DNA of 64,000 bases from Oscillospiraceae bacterium (lineage in GTDB: Bacteria; Bacillota; Clostridia; Oscillospirales; Ruminococcaceae), in contig JALEHK010000022.1 in the NCBI GenBank assembly GCA_022770625.1, positions 23,800 through 87,799 of the forward strand, in the 5' to 3' direction. Shown here piece after piece: positions 19,515 to 27,792 of the stretch (the stretch's first letter is position 1; the number at the start of each line of letters is the position of its first letter). A program made the position numbers and the translations under genes. The notes beneath the pieces are model-generated. The model ran no database searches, was not told the origin of the DNA, and worked only from the letters and a program-made list of their open reading frames with translations.

Positions 19515-19719
19515 TGAGCAGATGGAACATCTGCTCATGAACTACGAGTTTTCTACAAGAAAACTCTCGGGTGCGAGATGTACCGAATGTTTTTTTCAGA
19601 AAACTCTCAGACGTGAGATATATTCGCGGATTCCCCGGTTAAAATCAGATGAAACATCTGCTTAGTAACCACTACAAAATCCTGTCCATCGATTTTTCCA
19701 ATAAAAAGGATGGTTCCAT

Positions 19720-20256
19720 ATGAAAACCTATACGCTGCACGTTTCCGGTCTGACCCGTGAACTGCCGATTTGCCCGGTCAGCGATACACTGGATATCGCG
19801 GCCTTTATCATGCTGGGCGATGTAGAGCTGACCCGTGCGACCGCGCGGGATCTTCTCGCCAAATGCCCGGACTTTGACGTTCTGCTGACGGCGGAATGTA
19901 AGGGCATTCCGCTGGCCTATGAGATGTCCGCCATGTCGGGCAAGCCCCATGTCGTGGCAAGAAAAGAGGTCAAGGTCTATACCCAAAACCCGATCATCGT
20001 CACCGATAACTCGATCACCACTCAGCACGCTCAGCAGCTTGTTCTGGGCGATCTGGACGCGGAAAAGCTCCGCGGCAAACGGGTCATGATCGTTGATGAC
20101 GTTATCTCGACCGGCGGAAGCCTTGAAGCGCTTGCAAAGCTCGTTGAGAAAGCAGGCGGCATCCCGGCCGGAAAGGCAGCTGTCCTTGCGGAAGGCGACG
20201 CGGCCAAGAGAGACGATATTCTCTTCCTTGAAGAACTGCCGCTGTTCTTCCACTAA
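19720..20256 (+). CDS. phosphoribosyltransferase (adenine/xanthine PRT-like)
   Basis: PRPP-binding loop RVMIVDDVISTGGSL, 178 aa, RBS AAAGGA. Confidence 0.8.
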   Translation: MKTYTLHVSGLTRELPICPVSDTLDIAAFIMLGDVELTRATARDLLAKCPDFDVLLTAECKGIPLAYEMSAMSGKPHVVARKEVKVYTQNPIIVTDNSITTQHAQQLVLGDLDAEKLRGKRVMIVDDVISTGGSLEALAKLVEKAGGIPAGKAAVLAEGDAAKRDDILFLEELPLFFH

Positions 20257-20275
20257 TCTTTTTAAGCAGATAACG

Positions 20276-20313
20276 AAAACCCCCGCTGTGTAAAATCACA
20301 GCGGGGGTTTTCT
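20276..20313. terminator. bidirectional Rho-independent terminator
   Basis: AAAACCCCCGCTGTG / CACAGCGGGGGTTTT perfect stem between convergent genes. Confidence 0.9.
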
Positions 20314-20346
20314 CAATCGTATCGAGGAGAGAAGTTTGTCAGAAAA

Positions 20347-21951
20347 TCAGTTCTGGAGTGCCAGCCATGCGTCCAGCTGTGCCTGCTTTTCGGCAACGAT
20401 ATCGTCGATACCGGCCGCTTTCATCGCGGCATTCATTTCCGCAATCGAGCTTTCGGGATCAGAGAAGCCGAACTCGATGGCTTTCTGATACTGGTTGTAA
20501 ACGTTGGTGACAGCGGTAAACTGGGTTGCGACCGGAGCGGTATCAAAGGTAAAGCCGGAAGCCTTGGAGACAATCGCGCCGTCGTTGAACGCTTCATACT
20601 GCTGCCAGAGGTCGGCGGGGTTGCCTTCCTGAACATAGGCTTTGAACTCGGCAGGAGAGAGCCACTGCATCGCATGGCTAAAGTCGGAGTTGTCGTCCTT
20701 TACAACAAGCCCTTCGTCGTTGAGGGTGTAATCGACGCCTTCTTCGCCCCACATAAAGAGGTTGTTCCATTCGGGCGACTGATACATAAAGTTGAGGTAC
20801 TGCATAGCCGCAACAGGATCAACCGTCGTGTATCCAATCGTCCAGCAGAATCCGCCGATCTGGGTCGAGCCGGTGAAGTCAGGGCCGCCCTGAATGCAGA
20901 TCAGATCCTCGTCATTGGCCGTAACAATATCGGGCTTTCCAGAGGTAAAGAAGGAGTTGATGGTACCGGCCTGGAAAGCAGCCTGATCGGAGGTCGTATC
21001 GGTAACCGCGTCGGGGCTGATGCAGCCGTACTGGTTGAGATCGTACATCATCTTGACGAAGTTTAAGTACTCTTCTGTCTCGAAGTAGTTAACAACCTCG
21101 GTGTTCTGTCCATAGTCGGTCAGGACGCCGAAAACGTTGCCGCCGAGCTGGTCGATCGAAGTCCAGTTAATGGAAGCGGATGCGCTGGGCTGATATGCGG
21201 TGACCGAAGGCTCAGCATCATGCAGCGCTTTGATGATCGTAACGATATCGTCCTGGCTGTCAACCTTCCAGATGTTGGTGTCATAGTCGGGAGTCAGATC
21301 CATAAATGCTTCCGCTTTTTCAAGCGTCTGGCGGCGGGCAAGAATCGAGTTGCGGCCCTGTGCAAGGTCATGCTGGGTCGAGGTGCCGTAAAGGACACCG
21401 CCGATCCGGGATGTATTCAGGTTATCCCAGCCCATCGTATCAATGATGTCTTTGCCGTAGGTTTCGATCAGCTGGTTGCCGTTTCCGTCATCCATCTCAA
21501 GATCCATCAGGTAATCGTTCTGGACAGCGTTGGAAAGGCCGAGGCCGAGCGAGTACATAATATCAATCTGTTCGCCGCCCGAGAAAGCAAGGGTCAGCGC
21601 CTGACTTCTGGAAGCGAAATCGGTGACATTCAGTTCAACGTCGATGTTCAGCGCCGGAATGGTCAGTTCGTTCATCTTATCCTGAATACGGGAGATGCCT
21701 TCGGTCGCGCCGACCCAGGTAAAATAGCTGACGACCAGATGCTCGGTCTCGGTGCGGTTGACAATCGCTTCCGCTGCGGGATCCGCAGAATTCTCTGCCG
21801 GGCTTTCTTCGGAGGAACCAGAAGATTCTGCTGCGGAAGAAGCCTTATCTTCGGAGGATGCGGACGAGGAAGCGCCGCTGTTTCCGCAGGAAACGAGTGC
21901 GGCCGAAGCGAGCATACCGGCAGCGAGCGCTGCAAAAATACGTTTTTTCAT
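20347..21951 (-). CDS. extracellular solute-binding lipoprotein (large family-1 ABC SBP), no cognate permease nearby
   Basis: Lipobox MKKRIFAALAAGMLASAALVSCG, a Ser-rich linker, and a roughly 500-aa SBP-like body. RBS AAGGAG. Confidence 0.8.
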   Translation of the reverse strand: MKKRIFAALAAGMLASAALVSCGNSGASSSASSEDKASSAAESSGSSEESPAENSADPAAEAIVNRTETEHLVVSYFTWVGATEGISRIQDKMNELTIPALNIDVELNVTDFASRSQALTLAFSGGEQIDIMYSLGLGLSNAVQNDYLMDLEMDDGNGNQLIETYGKDIIDTMGWDNLNTSRIGGVLYGTSTQHDLAQGRNSILARRQTLEKAEAFMDLTPDYDTNIWKVDSQDDIVTIIKALHDAEPSVTAYQPSASASINWTSIDQLGGNVFGVLTDYGQNTEVVNYFETEEYLNFVKMMYDLNQYGCISPDAVTDTTSDQAAFQAGTINSFFTSGKPDIVTANDEDLICIQGGPDFTGSTQIGGFCWTIGYTTVDPVAAMQYLNFMYQSPEWNNLFMWGEEGVDYTLNDEGLVVKDDNSDFSHAMQWLSPAEFKAYVQEGNPADLWQQYEAFNDGAIVSKASGFTFDTAPVATQFTAVTNVYNQYQKAIEFGFSDPESSIAEMNAAMKAAGIDDIVAEKQAQLDAWLALQN

Positions 21952-21978
21952 GAATGTGTTCTCCTTCTTATGTAAACG

Positions 21979-22956
21979 TTATTTGGACATCTTTTCCCAG
22001 AAAGCGACGGCTTCCGAAAGCCATCCTTCCGCAGGTGTTCCTTCGGCAACGCCGAGCCCGTGACCGCCCTTTTCGTAGAGGTGGAGCTGATTCGGGACAC
22101 CGGCCGCCGTCAGCTTTTCCGCCATTTCGATCGCCGCCGTATAGTTGACCAGCGGATCGTCCTTGCAGTGCCAGATATAGGAAGCAGGATAAGAAGCGGT
22201 GATGTTGTCGAGCGTGTTGACGGCGCGCACCTTTTCAGGCGTCACGTCCGGCCCGATCATCGTTTCGAGGAAACGGTTTCTCTGTCCGTTTTCGGGCATC
22301 ACGACCTTGCTTGCGCCGTAGCAGACAAACAATGCGGCCGGTTTCGGAAGGCCGAAATGAGCATATCCGAGATTCTCGGTGCCCCAACTTGCCGTCAGGC
22401 TTCCGCCCGCCGAAAAGCCCGCGACCGCATAGTTCTCCGTCGAAACTTTACATTCATCCGCGTGCGCAAAAACAAACCGGAGCGCCGCCGAGAGGTCTTC
22501 CTGAGGTTTCGGGAAGAGAGGGGATTCGTTGACGCGGTAGCTTAAAACGAAAGCGTTGTAGCCCATCTGATTGAGCCGCATAGCCGTCGGATATCCTTCG
22601 AGGAAGGAGCAGACGGTTGCAAATCCGCCGCCCGCGATAACCATGACAAAGGGCGCACCGGGTTTTCCGGGCATATAGACCAGCTTGGTGTTTTCCTTGT
22701 CGGGGTCTTTGGCTTTCTCTTCGTCTGTCCAGATATCAAAGGCGACCTGTACGCCGCTGTTGATGATTCCGCGCAGGTATTCTAGGCCTTCGATCACGAC
22801 CGGGCTATGCATCGTAAAGCCTTCCGGGTCAAGTCCGGGATTGACCGGGTCATCCTTGGGGTCGATGTTGGTGAACATAATAAAAGGGGCGATCTCCTTG
22901 AATTCGGGGATCTGACGGACTTCCCGAAGGGTCGTTTCCGAGGTGATCGTAGACAT
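21979..22956 (-). CDS. alpha/beta hydrolase (esterase)
   Basis: GFSAGG nucleophile elbow, VIAGGGF oxyanion region, and a C-terminal GGHGLG. I prefer the start at 22956 (GGGAGGA upstream) over the 23016 start of the ORF track. Confidence 0.75.
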   Translation of the reverse strand: MSTITSETTLREVRQIPEFKEIAPFIMFTNIDPKDDPVNPGLDPEGFTMHSPVVIEGLEYLRGIINSGVQVAFDIWTDEEKAKDPDKENTKLVYMPGKPGAPFVMVIAGGGFATVCSFLEGYPTAMRLNQMGYNAFVLSYRVNESPLFPKPQEDLSAALRFVFAHADECKVSTENYAVAGFSAGGSLTASWGTENLGYAHFGLPKPAALFVCYGASKVVMPENGQRNRFLETMIGPDVTPEKVRAVNTLDNITASYPASYIWHCKDDPLVNYTAAIEMAEKLTAAGVPNQLHLYEKGGHGLGVAEGTPAEGWLSEAVAFWEKMSK

Positions 22957-23181
22957 TTGCTTCATCCTCCCTTGTAATGGTAAGTTACTTAAAAAGCAGA
23001 ATTTTCTTTTATTCATATTATATTTACAGCTGGTTTATATGTCAATTTCTCAGAGCTGGTTTCGCAGAATAAGACAAAAAGTGCGCAGAAAAGGAAAATA
23101 TGAGCTGTTTTTTATTTGACTGATTGAACAAAATACACTTGGCAATGTTGACTATTCGACTTAATAAGTTATCTGGCCGTT

Positions 23182-23217
23182 AAAAAACTCCCGCCCTGCA
23201 TCAAACAGAGCGGGAGC
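23182..23217 (-). terminator. Rho-independent terminator of the M20 gene
   Basis: On the minus strand: stem CTCCCGC / GCGGGAG followed by TTTTTT (plus-strand A-run 23182-23187). Confidence 0.7.
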
Positions 23218-23230
23218 CAAACGGCTTGAT

Positions 23231-24691
23231 TTATTTCTTACCGAACGAAGCAATCGAACGGGGCTTGACGCCTTTGGGGATCGGGGGAATGTATTTTCCT
23301 CCGTCGGGAGCGAGCCGGTCTTTCAGTTCCGCTTTGGCGGCCTCAATCGTTTCGGGACTGCCATAAAGATCGATCGCCGTTGCGGCCATGATCCGCGCCG
23401 CGTACAGTTCGCCTTTGTGCGCGGTCGAGGATTTGCCCTGCGCAACGATCTGCCAGCTGTGGCCGGGGGAATCGGCGGCGATTGTCTGGACATTGGCCTG
23501 AACGACCGGGCAGACACAGCTGACGTCTCCGACGTCGGTCGAACCGGCGTGAACGGCGTCGCTGGGCGCATAGGGAATCGGCTTTAAGAAGAGCGCGGTC
23601 GAATCATCATAACCGGCGGCGTACTTGGCACCCTTGACACGCCCGACCGCTTCCTTGCAGCGGGAGAGAAAGTCTTTGTGAGAAGGACAGGTCTTGCGGA
23701 TCTCTTCGGCAAAGTCCAGTTCCTCTTCGGTGTACTCCGGCATCGGAATCGTTTCGATATTCTTCCACATGACCTCTTCGAGAACGTTGTTGGGAGTCAG
23801 TCCGGAGCAGGCTTTGATAAATTCCTCTTCGACCTGCGTTCCGGTCATCAGCGCCGCGCCCTTGGCAATGTCCGATACCCGCTCATGCAGTTCACGAACC
23901 TCGCTGTTTTTGGGACTGCGGATCAGATAGAGCACCTCCGCTTCCGACTGAACGACATTGGGAGAAGCGCCGCCCGAATTGGTGATCGCGTAGTGGATCC
24001 GCGCTTCCGGGATCATATGCTCTCTTAAAAACTGTACGCCGACATTCATCAGCTCCAGCCCGTCGAGCGCACTTCGCCCGAGATGCGGGCAGGCAGCCGC
24101 GTGGGCGCTGACCCCTTTGAAGCGGTACAGAACCTGGCAGTTCGCGAGCGAGGAAGCGTTGTTGATGGCGGTCGCGTCGCCCGGATGCCAGGAGATCGCG
24201 CAGTCCAGCTCGTCGAATACCCCGTCCCGCGCCATAAACGCCTTTCCGGAACCGCCCTCTTCTCCGGGGCAGCCGTAATAGATGACCGTTCCGGGAAGAC
24301 CGTTTTCCGAAAGATATTCCTTATATGCAGCAGCGGCGGCGATGCTTCCGACGCCTAAGAGATTGTGTCCGCAGCCATGTCCGCATCCGCCTTCGGTGAT
24401 CGGAGAAGGAGTCGCGATACCGGCTTTTTGAGAAAGACCGGAAAGAGCGTCGAATTCGCCGAGAAAACCGATGACCGGCTTTCCTTCTCCCCAGCGTCCG
24501 CTGAAGGCGGTCGGGATCCCGGCCAGTCCGCGGGTGACCGTAAAGCCCAGCTTTTCAAGCAGCGCGGTCTGTACCTTTTCGGCGGTAAATTCGGTGAACG
24601 CGAGTTCCGGCGCGTCCCAGATGGCATCGCTCGCCGCGTAAAAATCGTCCGAGTGCTCTTCGATCCAGCGAAGACTTTCCTCTTTTTTCAT
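23231..24691 (-). CDS. M20 family amidohydrolase (AbgB / aminobenzoyl-glutamate utilisation B-like)
   Basis: MKKEESLRWIEEHSDDFYAASDAIWDAPELAFTEF..., metal-ligand segments GCGHGCGHNLLG and ISWHPGD. Start 24691 follows GGAGGGAG. Confidence 0.85.
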   Translation of the reverse strand: MKKEESLRWIEEHSDDFYAASDAIWDAPELAFTEFTAEKVQTALLEKLGFTVTRGLAGIPTAFSGRWGEGKPVIGFLGEFDALSGLSQKAGIATPSPITEGGCGHGCGHNLLGVGSIAAAAAYKEYLSENGLPGTVIYYGCPGEEGGSGKAFMARDGVFDELDCAISWHPGDATAINNASSLANCQVLYRFKGVSAHAAACPHLGRSALDGLELMNVGVQFLREHMIPEARIHYAITNSGGASPNVVQSEAEVLYLIRSPKNSEVRELHERVSDIAKGAALMTGTQVEEEFIKACSGLTPNNVLEEVMWKNIETIPMPEYTEEELDFAEEIRKTCPSHKDFLSRCKEAVGRVKGAKYAAGYDDSTALFLKPIPYAPSDAVHAGSTDVGDVSCVCPVVQANVQTIAADSPGHSWQIVAQGKSSTAHKGELYAARIMAATAIDLYGSPETIEAAKAELKDRLAPDGGKYIPPIPKGVKPRSIASFGKK

Positions 24692-24826
24692 ATCAATGTC
24701 TCCCTCCGTTTTTTCTTTATCTTTATTGTAATGGGGGAAAAAGAATTTTACAATCCACATTTTGTACTATTTTCCCACGCAAAATGATCAAATCCGTACT
24801 TGTTGTATAAAAATGCAGCAAGGGGG

Positions 24827-24855
24827 TTGACATCACTAATGGAAAGTGTTATCAT
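24827..24855 (+). promoter_or_regulatory. promoter with extended -10 (TTGACA, 17-bp spacer, TGtTATCAT)
   Basis: TTGACA at 24827-24832, TATCAT at 24850-24855, preceded by TG at 24847-24848. Confidence 0.6.
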
Positions 24856-24915
24856 ATAGAACATAAACATATCCGATGAATATGTTGAAAACAAATCTGA
24901 AGGAGGCGAAACCAG

Positions 24916-25017
24916 ATGCCTGTTTACCATTATGAAAAAGCTCTTCTGAATCGAATGTGTTGTCAGTGTACGACGGGGATCCGAAAATCGCCGCCTGTTT
25001 TGCCGCGCCTGCACTGA
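24916..25017 (+). CDS. candidate 33-aa small ORF (MPVYHYEKALLNRMCCQCTTGIRKSPPVLPRLH); may instead be part of a structured sRNA
   Basis: ATG lies 9 nt after GAAGGAGG. The unit has its own promoter and terminator. Third-codon positions are less G/C-biased than in neighbouring genes, so coding status is doubtful. Confidence 0.2.
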   Translation: MPVYHYEKALLNRMCCQCTTGIRKSPPVLPRLH

Positions 25018-25091
25018 TTAGACACTTGAGCGGCAAAATGATCTTTCCGGCCGGTAAATCCGTGCCGAGGGACAAAAGGAATTGTGATTTT

Positions 25092-25123
25092 CGGAAGCCT
25101 GTGAAAATGGGCTTCCTTTTTTG
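25092..25123 (+). terminator. Rho-independent terminator of the orphan unit
   Basis: GGAAGCC (25093-25099) pairs with GGCTTCC (25110-25116); TTTTTT follows. Confidence 0.7.
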
Positions 25124-25351
25124 TTGTTAAAAACGGAGAGAAAATAAGAATAACTGAAAAGAAAAACTTGCGTAATTTGGAAACCAACTTCCCACCCGAA
25201 AGTTTCAACAAATTACACAAGCCACATCCGGAAACTTCTGTGAAAACGATCGTTCAATCCTAAGAAATTGAACGAATCTTGAAAAAATAGCGCAGATGCG
25301 CCGATCATTTTGTTTTATCCTCCAATAAATTGCTCTGCTAGCCATTTTATA

Positions 25352-25380
25352 TTGACATTCTGTTTCTAAAGCGCTATAAT
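25352..25380 (+). promoter_or_regulatory. consensus sigma-70 promoter of the C26/peptide-transport operon
   Basis: TTGACA at 25352-25357, exact 17-bp spacer, TATAAT at 25375-25380. Confidence 0.8.
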
Positions 25381-25386
25381 GCATAT

Positions 25387-25645
25387 AACGCAAGAAGATC
25401 AGAAAAAGACTTCATAAACGAAAGTCAAAGAATCGATTATGAAAGTCTGATTCGTAAATCTTTCTTACTGTGTACAAACAACCAACAATTGTACGCTTGG
25501 AAAATACAGTTGCCGCAAGGGTGGGGCAGAGAACGACCGTCGGGTTTTCCGAGGTTTCTCTGCCTCTTTTGTTTAGAAAAAAGCACCGTAGACCATACGG
25601 AAAGGTTTTGGGGGATATATTCTGGTAAGGAAAGAGGAATCCGAT
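25387..25645 (+). promoter_or_regulatory. unclassified 5' leader of roughly 260 nt with an intrinsic terminator (attenuator or riboswitch candidate)
   Basis: Stems GTACAA..TTGTAC. Terminator GGCAGAGAA (25525-25533) / TTCTCTGCC (25556-25564) with TCTTTTGTTT. A T-box-like AAGGGTGG overlaps the 5' arm of the terminator. The first gene starts about 70 nt further on. Confidence 0.55.
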
Positions 25646-26314
25646 ATGAAAACAGGGCTTCATCCAAAAGTTTTAATTGTAACCGAAGACGGGTTTGATC
25701 CGACGTTCGGAAGCGCTAATCTCGTGCTCAGCAGAGCGTACAGCGACGCAGTTTCTTCCGCCGGCGGCATTCCGATCACGGCGATGGACATCAGAACCTG
25801 CTCCGAATATCTGGAATTTGCGGACGCGCTTTTACTCACCGGCGGTGGAAATATACATCCTTCACGGTATAAAGGTCTGGTCAGCGATATGTCCGATCTT
25901 CAGGGCTTCTCCAATACCCGCGACGATATGGACTTCACCCTCGCTGATCTTTTTGTCAAGGCGGGGAAACCGGTTCTCGGAGTCGGAAGAGGCGCGATGG
26001 TTTTAAACGCTCTCCTCGGCGGCAACGTCAATAAACACCTTCCTGAACTTTCCGCTCATGCTTCCGATCCGCTGACCGGCGGGCTGAAAGAAATCCTTGG
26101 CGAACGCGTTTCCTTTAAGCGGGTATACGGCTGGGGAATTAAGACTCTTGCTGAATCCCTTTCAGCAGAAGCCGTTTCGGAAGAGGGCGTGATCGACGGG
26201 TTCTCCCATCAAACGCTTCCCGTAAAAGGCGTTGTCTGGCATCCCGAACGGGAACTGGACGGAAATCCGATCGACCTTCGGCTCTACCGTTGGCTGGTCA
26301 ACAGTGTGAAGTGA
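25646..26314 (+). CDS. peptidase C26 / class-I GATase-like protein, type A copy 1 (nucleophile Cys replaced by Gly)
   Basis: GKPVLGVGRGAMVLNALLGG aligns with the canonical GKPvLGICRGmQ; Gly codon GGA at 25985-25987 occupies the Cys position. VVWHPE (His-Glu) is retained. Confidence 0.8.
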   Translation: MKTGLHPKVLIVTEDGFDPTFGSANLVLSRAYSDAVSSAGGIPITAMDIRTCSEYLEFADALLLTGGGNIHPSRYKGLVSDMSDLQGFSNTRDDMDFTLADLFVKAGKPVLGVGRGAMVLNALLGGNVNKHLPELSAHASDPLTGGLKEILGERVSFKRVYGWGIKTLAESLSAEAVSEEGVIDGFSHQTLPVKGVVWHPERELDGNPIDLRLYRWLVNSVK

Positions 26315-26330
26315 AAGGGAGGGCGCGTAT

Positions 26331-27035
26331 ATGAAACCGATCATTGCATTAAACGGCGGTTCGGCACTCGACCGTCAGTTCCATTCCAAGGCTACCGTCG
26401 CCAATAAAACCTATTCGGCAGCTGTTGCGGCGGCGGGTGGCGTTCCCATTCTGGTGACCGACCCCGATTCGATCAAAAGCTACGCGGAGATCGCGGACGG
26501 CCTGATCCTGACGGGAAGCCTTTTCTTCAACCCCGATCCCGAACGGCGAAGCGAGGTTTCCAAGGCGGAAAGCGGTGAGCGGCCGGTGTATGACGCGGCG
26601 CTGTTGGACGCTTTTGTCAAAGCCGGAAAACCGGTTTTCGGTATTTGTCTCGGCCTTCAGTGTATCAACCTCTATTTCGGCGGAACGCTTGCGGACGGAT
26701 TTAAATTCAAAGACGGTGTGGAGCATATGATGTGCGCCCACAATTGTCTGGCCGGTGAAGATTCGGTCGTCGGAAAGATCTTCGGAAGCGAGTTCATGAT
26801 TAACTCCCGTCACAACCGAAAGATCGATACGCTGGCGCCGGGACTGAAAGCGGTCGCGTTTTCACCCGATGGCGTAATCGAAGAGGTACAGCATGAATCG
26901 CTTCCGGTCTGGGCGGTCGAATGGCATCCCGAACGGATGCGCGGCGACCACCGCGAACCGCCGGAAGGCCCGGATACAACGCCGCTCTTCCAGTGGTTCT
27001 GCGGCGTCTGCAAAGAAATGAGCGGGAAAGAGTAA
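26331..27035 (+). CDS. peptidase C26 / class-I GATase-like hydrolase, type B copy 1 (catalytic Cys present)
   Basis: GKPVFGICLGLQCINLYFGG (Cys codon 26646-26648), INSRH and VEWHPE. It starts 16 nt after A1. Confidence 0.8.
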   Translation: MKPIIALNGGSALDRQFHSKATVANKTYSAAVAAAGGVPILVTDPDSIKSYAEIADGLILTGSLFFNPDPERRSEVSKAESGERPVYDAALLDAFVKAGKPVFGICLGLQCINLYFGGTLADGFKFKDGVEHMMCAHNCLAGEDSVVGKIFGSEFMINSRHNRKIDTLAPGLKAVAFSPDGVIEEVQHESLPVWAVEWHPERMRGDHREPPEGPDTTPLFQWFCGVCKEMSGKE

Positions 27036-27104
27036 GAAAGCATAGCTCAATAACCTCCGGGAAAAAAAGAGAGAAAGAATCCCGGATTCAACGAGGGGGC
27101 TTTT

Positions 27105-27773
27105 ATGATGAAACCAAGAATCCTGATTGCGGCGGAGGACAGTTTTGATCCGAACACCGGAAACGGAAACATCGTCCTTTGCAAAGAGTACAGCGACGCG
27201 GTTTATCACGCCGGCGGGACGCCGCTTGTGGCGCTCGACATCCGGACGGCGAAGGAATACGCCGATGTGACCGACGCCCTTCTCCTGATCGGCGGGCCGG
27301 TCATCCATCCCGCCAAATACGGTTCGGTCGTCCGGGATTTTTCCTATCTCGGCGGCTTCTCCGGAACCCGCGACAATATGGATTTTGCTCTCGCAAAGCT
27401 CTTCCTCGCACAGGGAAAGCCGATCCTAGGAATTGGGCGGGGCGCGATGGTCGTCAACGTCCTGACCGGCGGAACGGTTAATGAATCGATCGGAGAAAAG
27501 GGTGCGGAGACGGAAGATACCCTTTCGGGACAGATGGAAAAGCTCCTTGGAAAAACGATCACCTTTAAGCGCAGCTACGGCTGGGGAATCGGACGTCTCG
27601 GTGAAGGAATGCAGCCGGAAGCGGTCGCTCCGGACGGAACGGTCGATGCCATCGTACATAAAGAGAAGCCGGTGTGGGGCGTTGTATGGCACCCCGAACA
27701 TCCGGACGATGGCGCTGCTCCCGATAACCGGCTGTACGAGATGTTTGTTTCGGCAGCCGCATCGGCAGACTGA
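27105..27773 (+). CDS. peptidase C26 / class-I GATase-like protein, type A copy 2 (nucleophile Cys replaced by Gly)
   Basis: GKPILGIGRGAMVVNVLTGG with Gly codon 27435-27437 at the nucleophile position. VVWHPE is retained. Same length as A1 (222 aa) and collinear with it. Confidence 0.8.
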   Translation: MMKPRILIAAEDSFDPNTGNGNIVLCKEYSDAVYHAGGTPLVALDIRTAKEYADVTDALLLIGGPVIHPAKYGSVVRDFSYLGGFSGTRDNMDFALAKLFLAQGKPILGIGRGAMVVNVLTGGTVNESIGEKGAETEDTLSGQMEKLLGKTITFKRSYGWGIGRLGEGMQPEAVAPDGTVDAIVHKEKPVWGVVWHPEHPDDGAAPDNRLYEMFVSAAASAD

Positions 27774-27792
27774 ACGGGAGGGGAAAACAGGA

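Noticed and set aside
25205-25393. 62-aa minus-strand ORF, and a 31-codon minus-strand ORF (25212-25307, behind GGAGGA), in the AT-rich gap
   Set aside because: The 62-aa ORF starts with TTG inside the -10 box of the operon promoter and has no RBS. The 31-codon ORF has an RBS but no promoter or terminator that I could identify, and its composition is not typical of coding sequence. Neither is reported as a feature.
25387-25645. Calling the operon leader a bona fide T-box riboswitch
   Set aside because: Only AAGGGTGG resembles the T-box sequence. The conserved GGUGGUACCGCG, and the AGAGA and AGUA boxes seen in the alaS leader at 16121-16400, are not evident. I report it as unclassified instead.
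27481-27792. N-terminal extension of the B2 ORF (338-aa version)
   Set aside because: It overlaps the 3' half of A2 in another frame. The paralogue B1 starts with the same MKPIIA sequence, and a GGGAGGGG RBS precedes ATG 27793.
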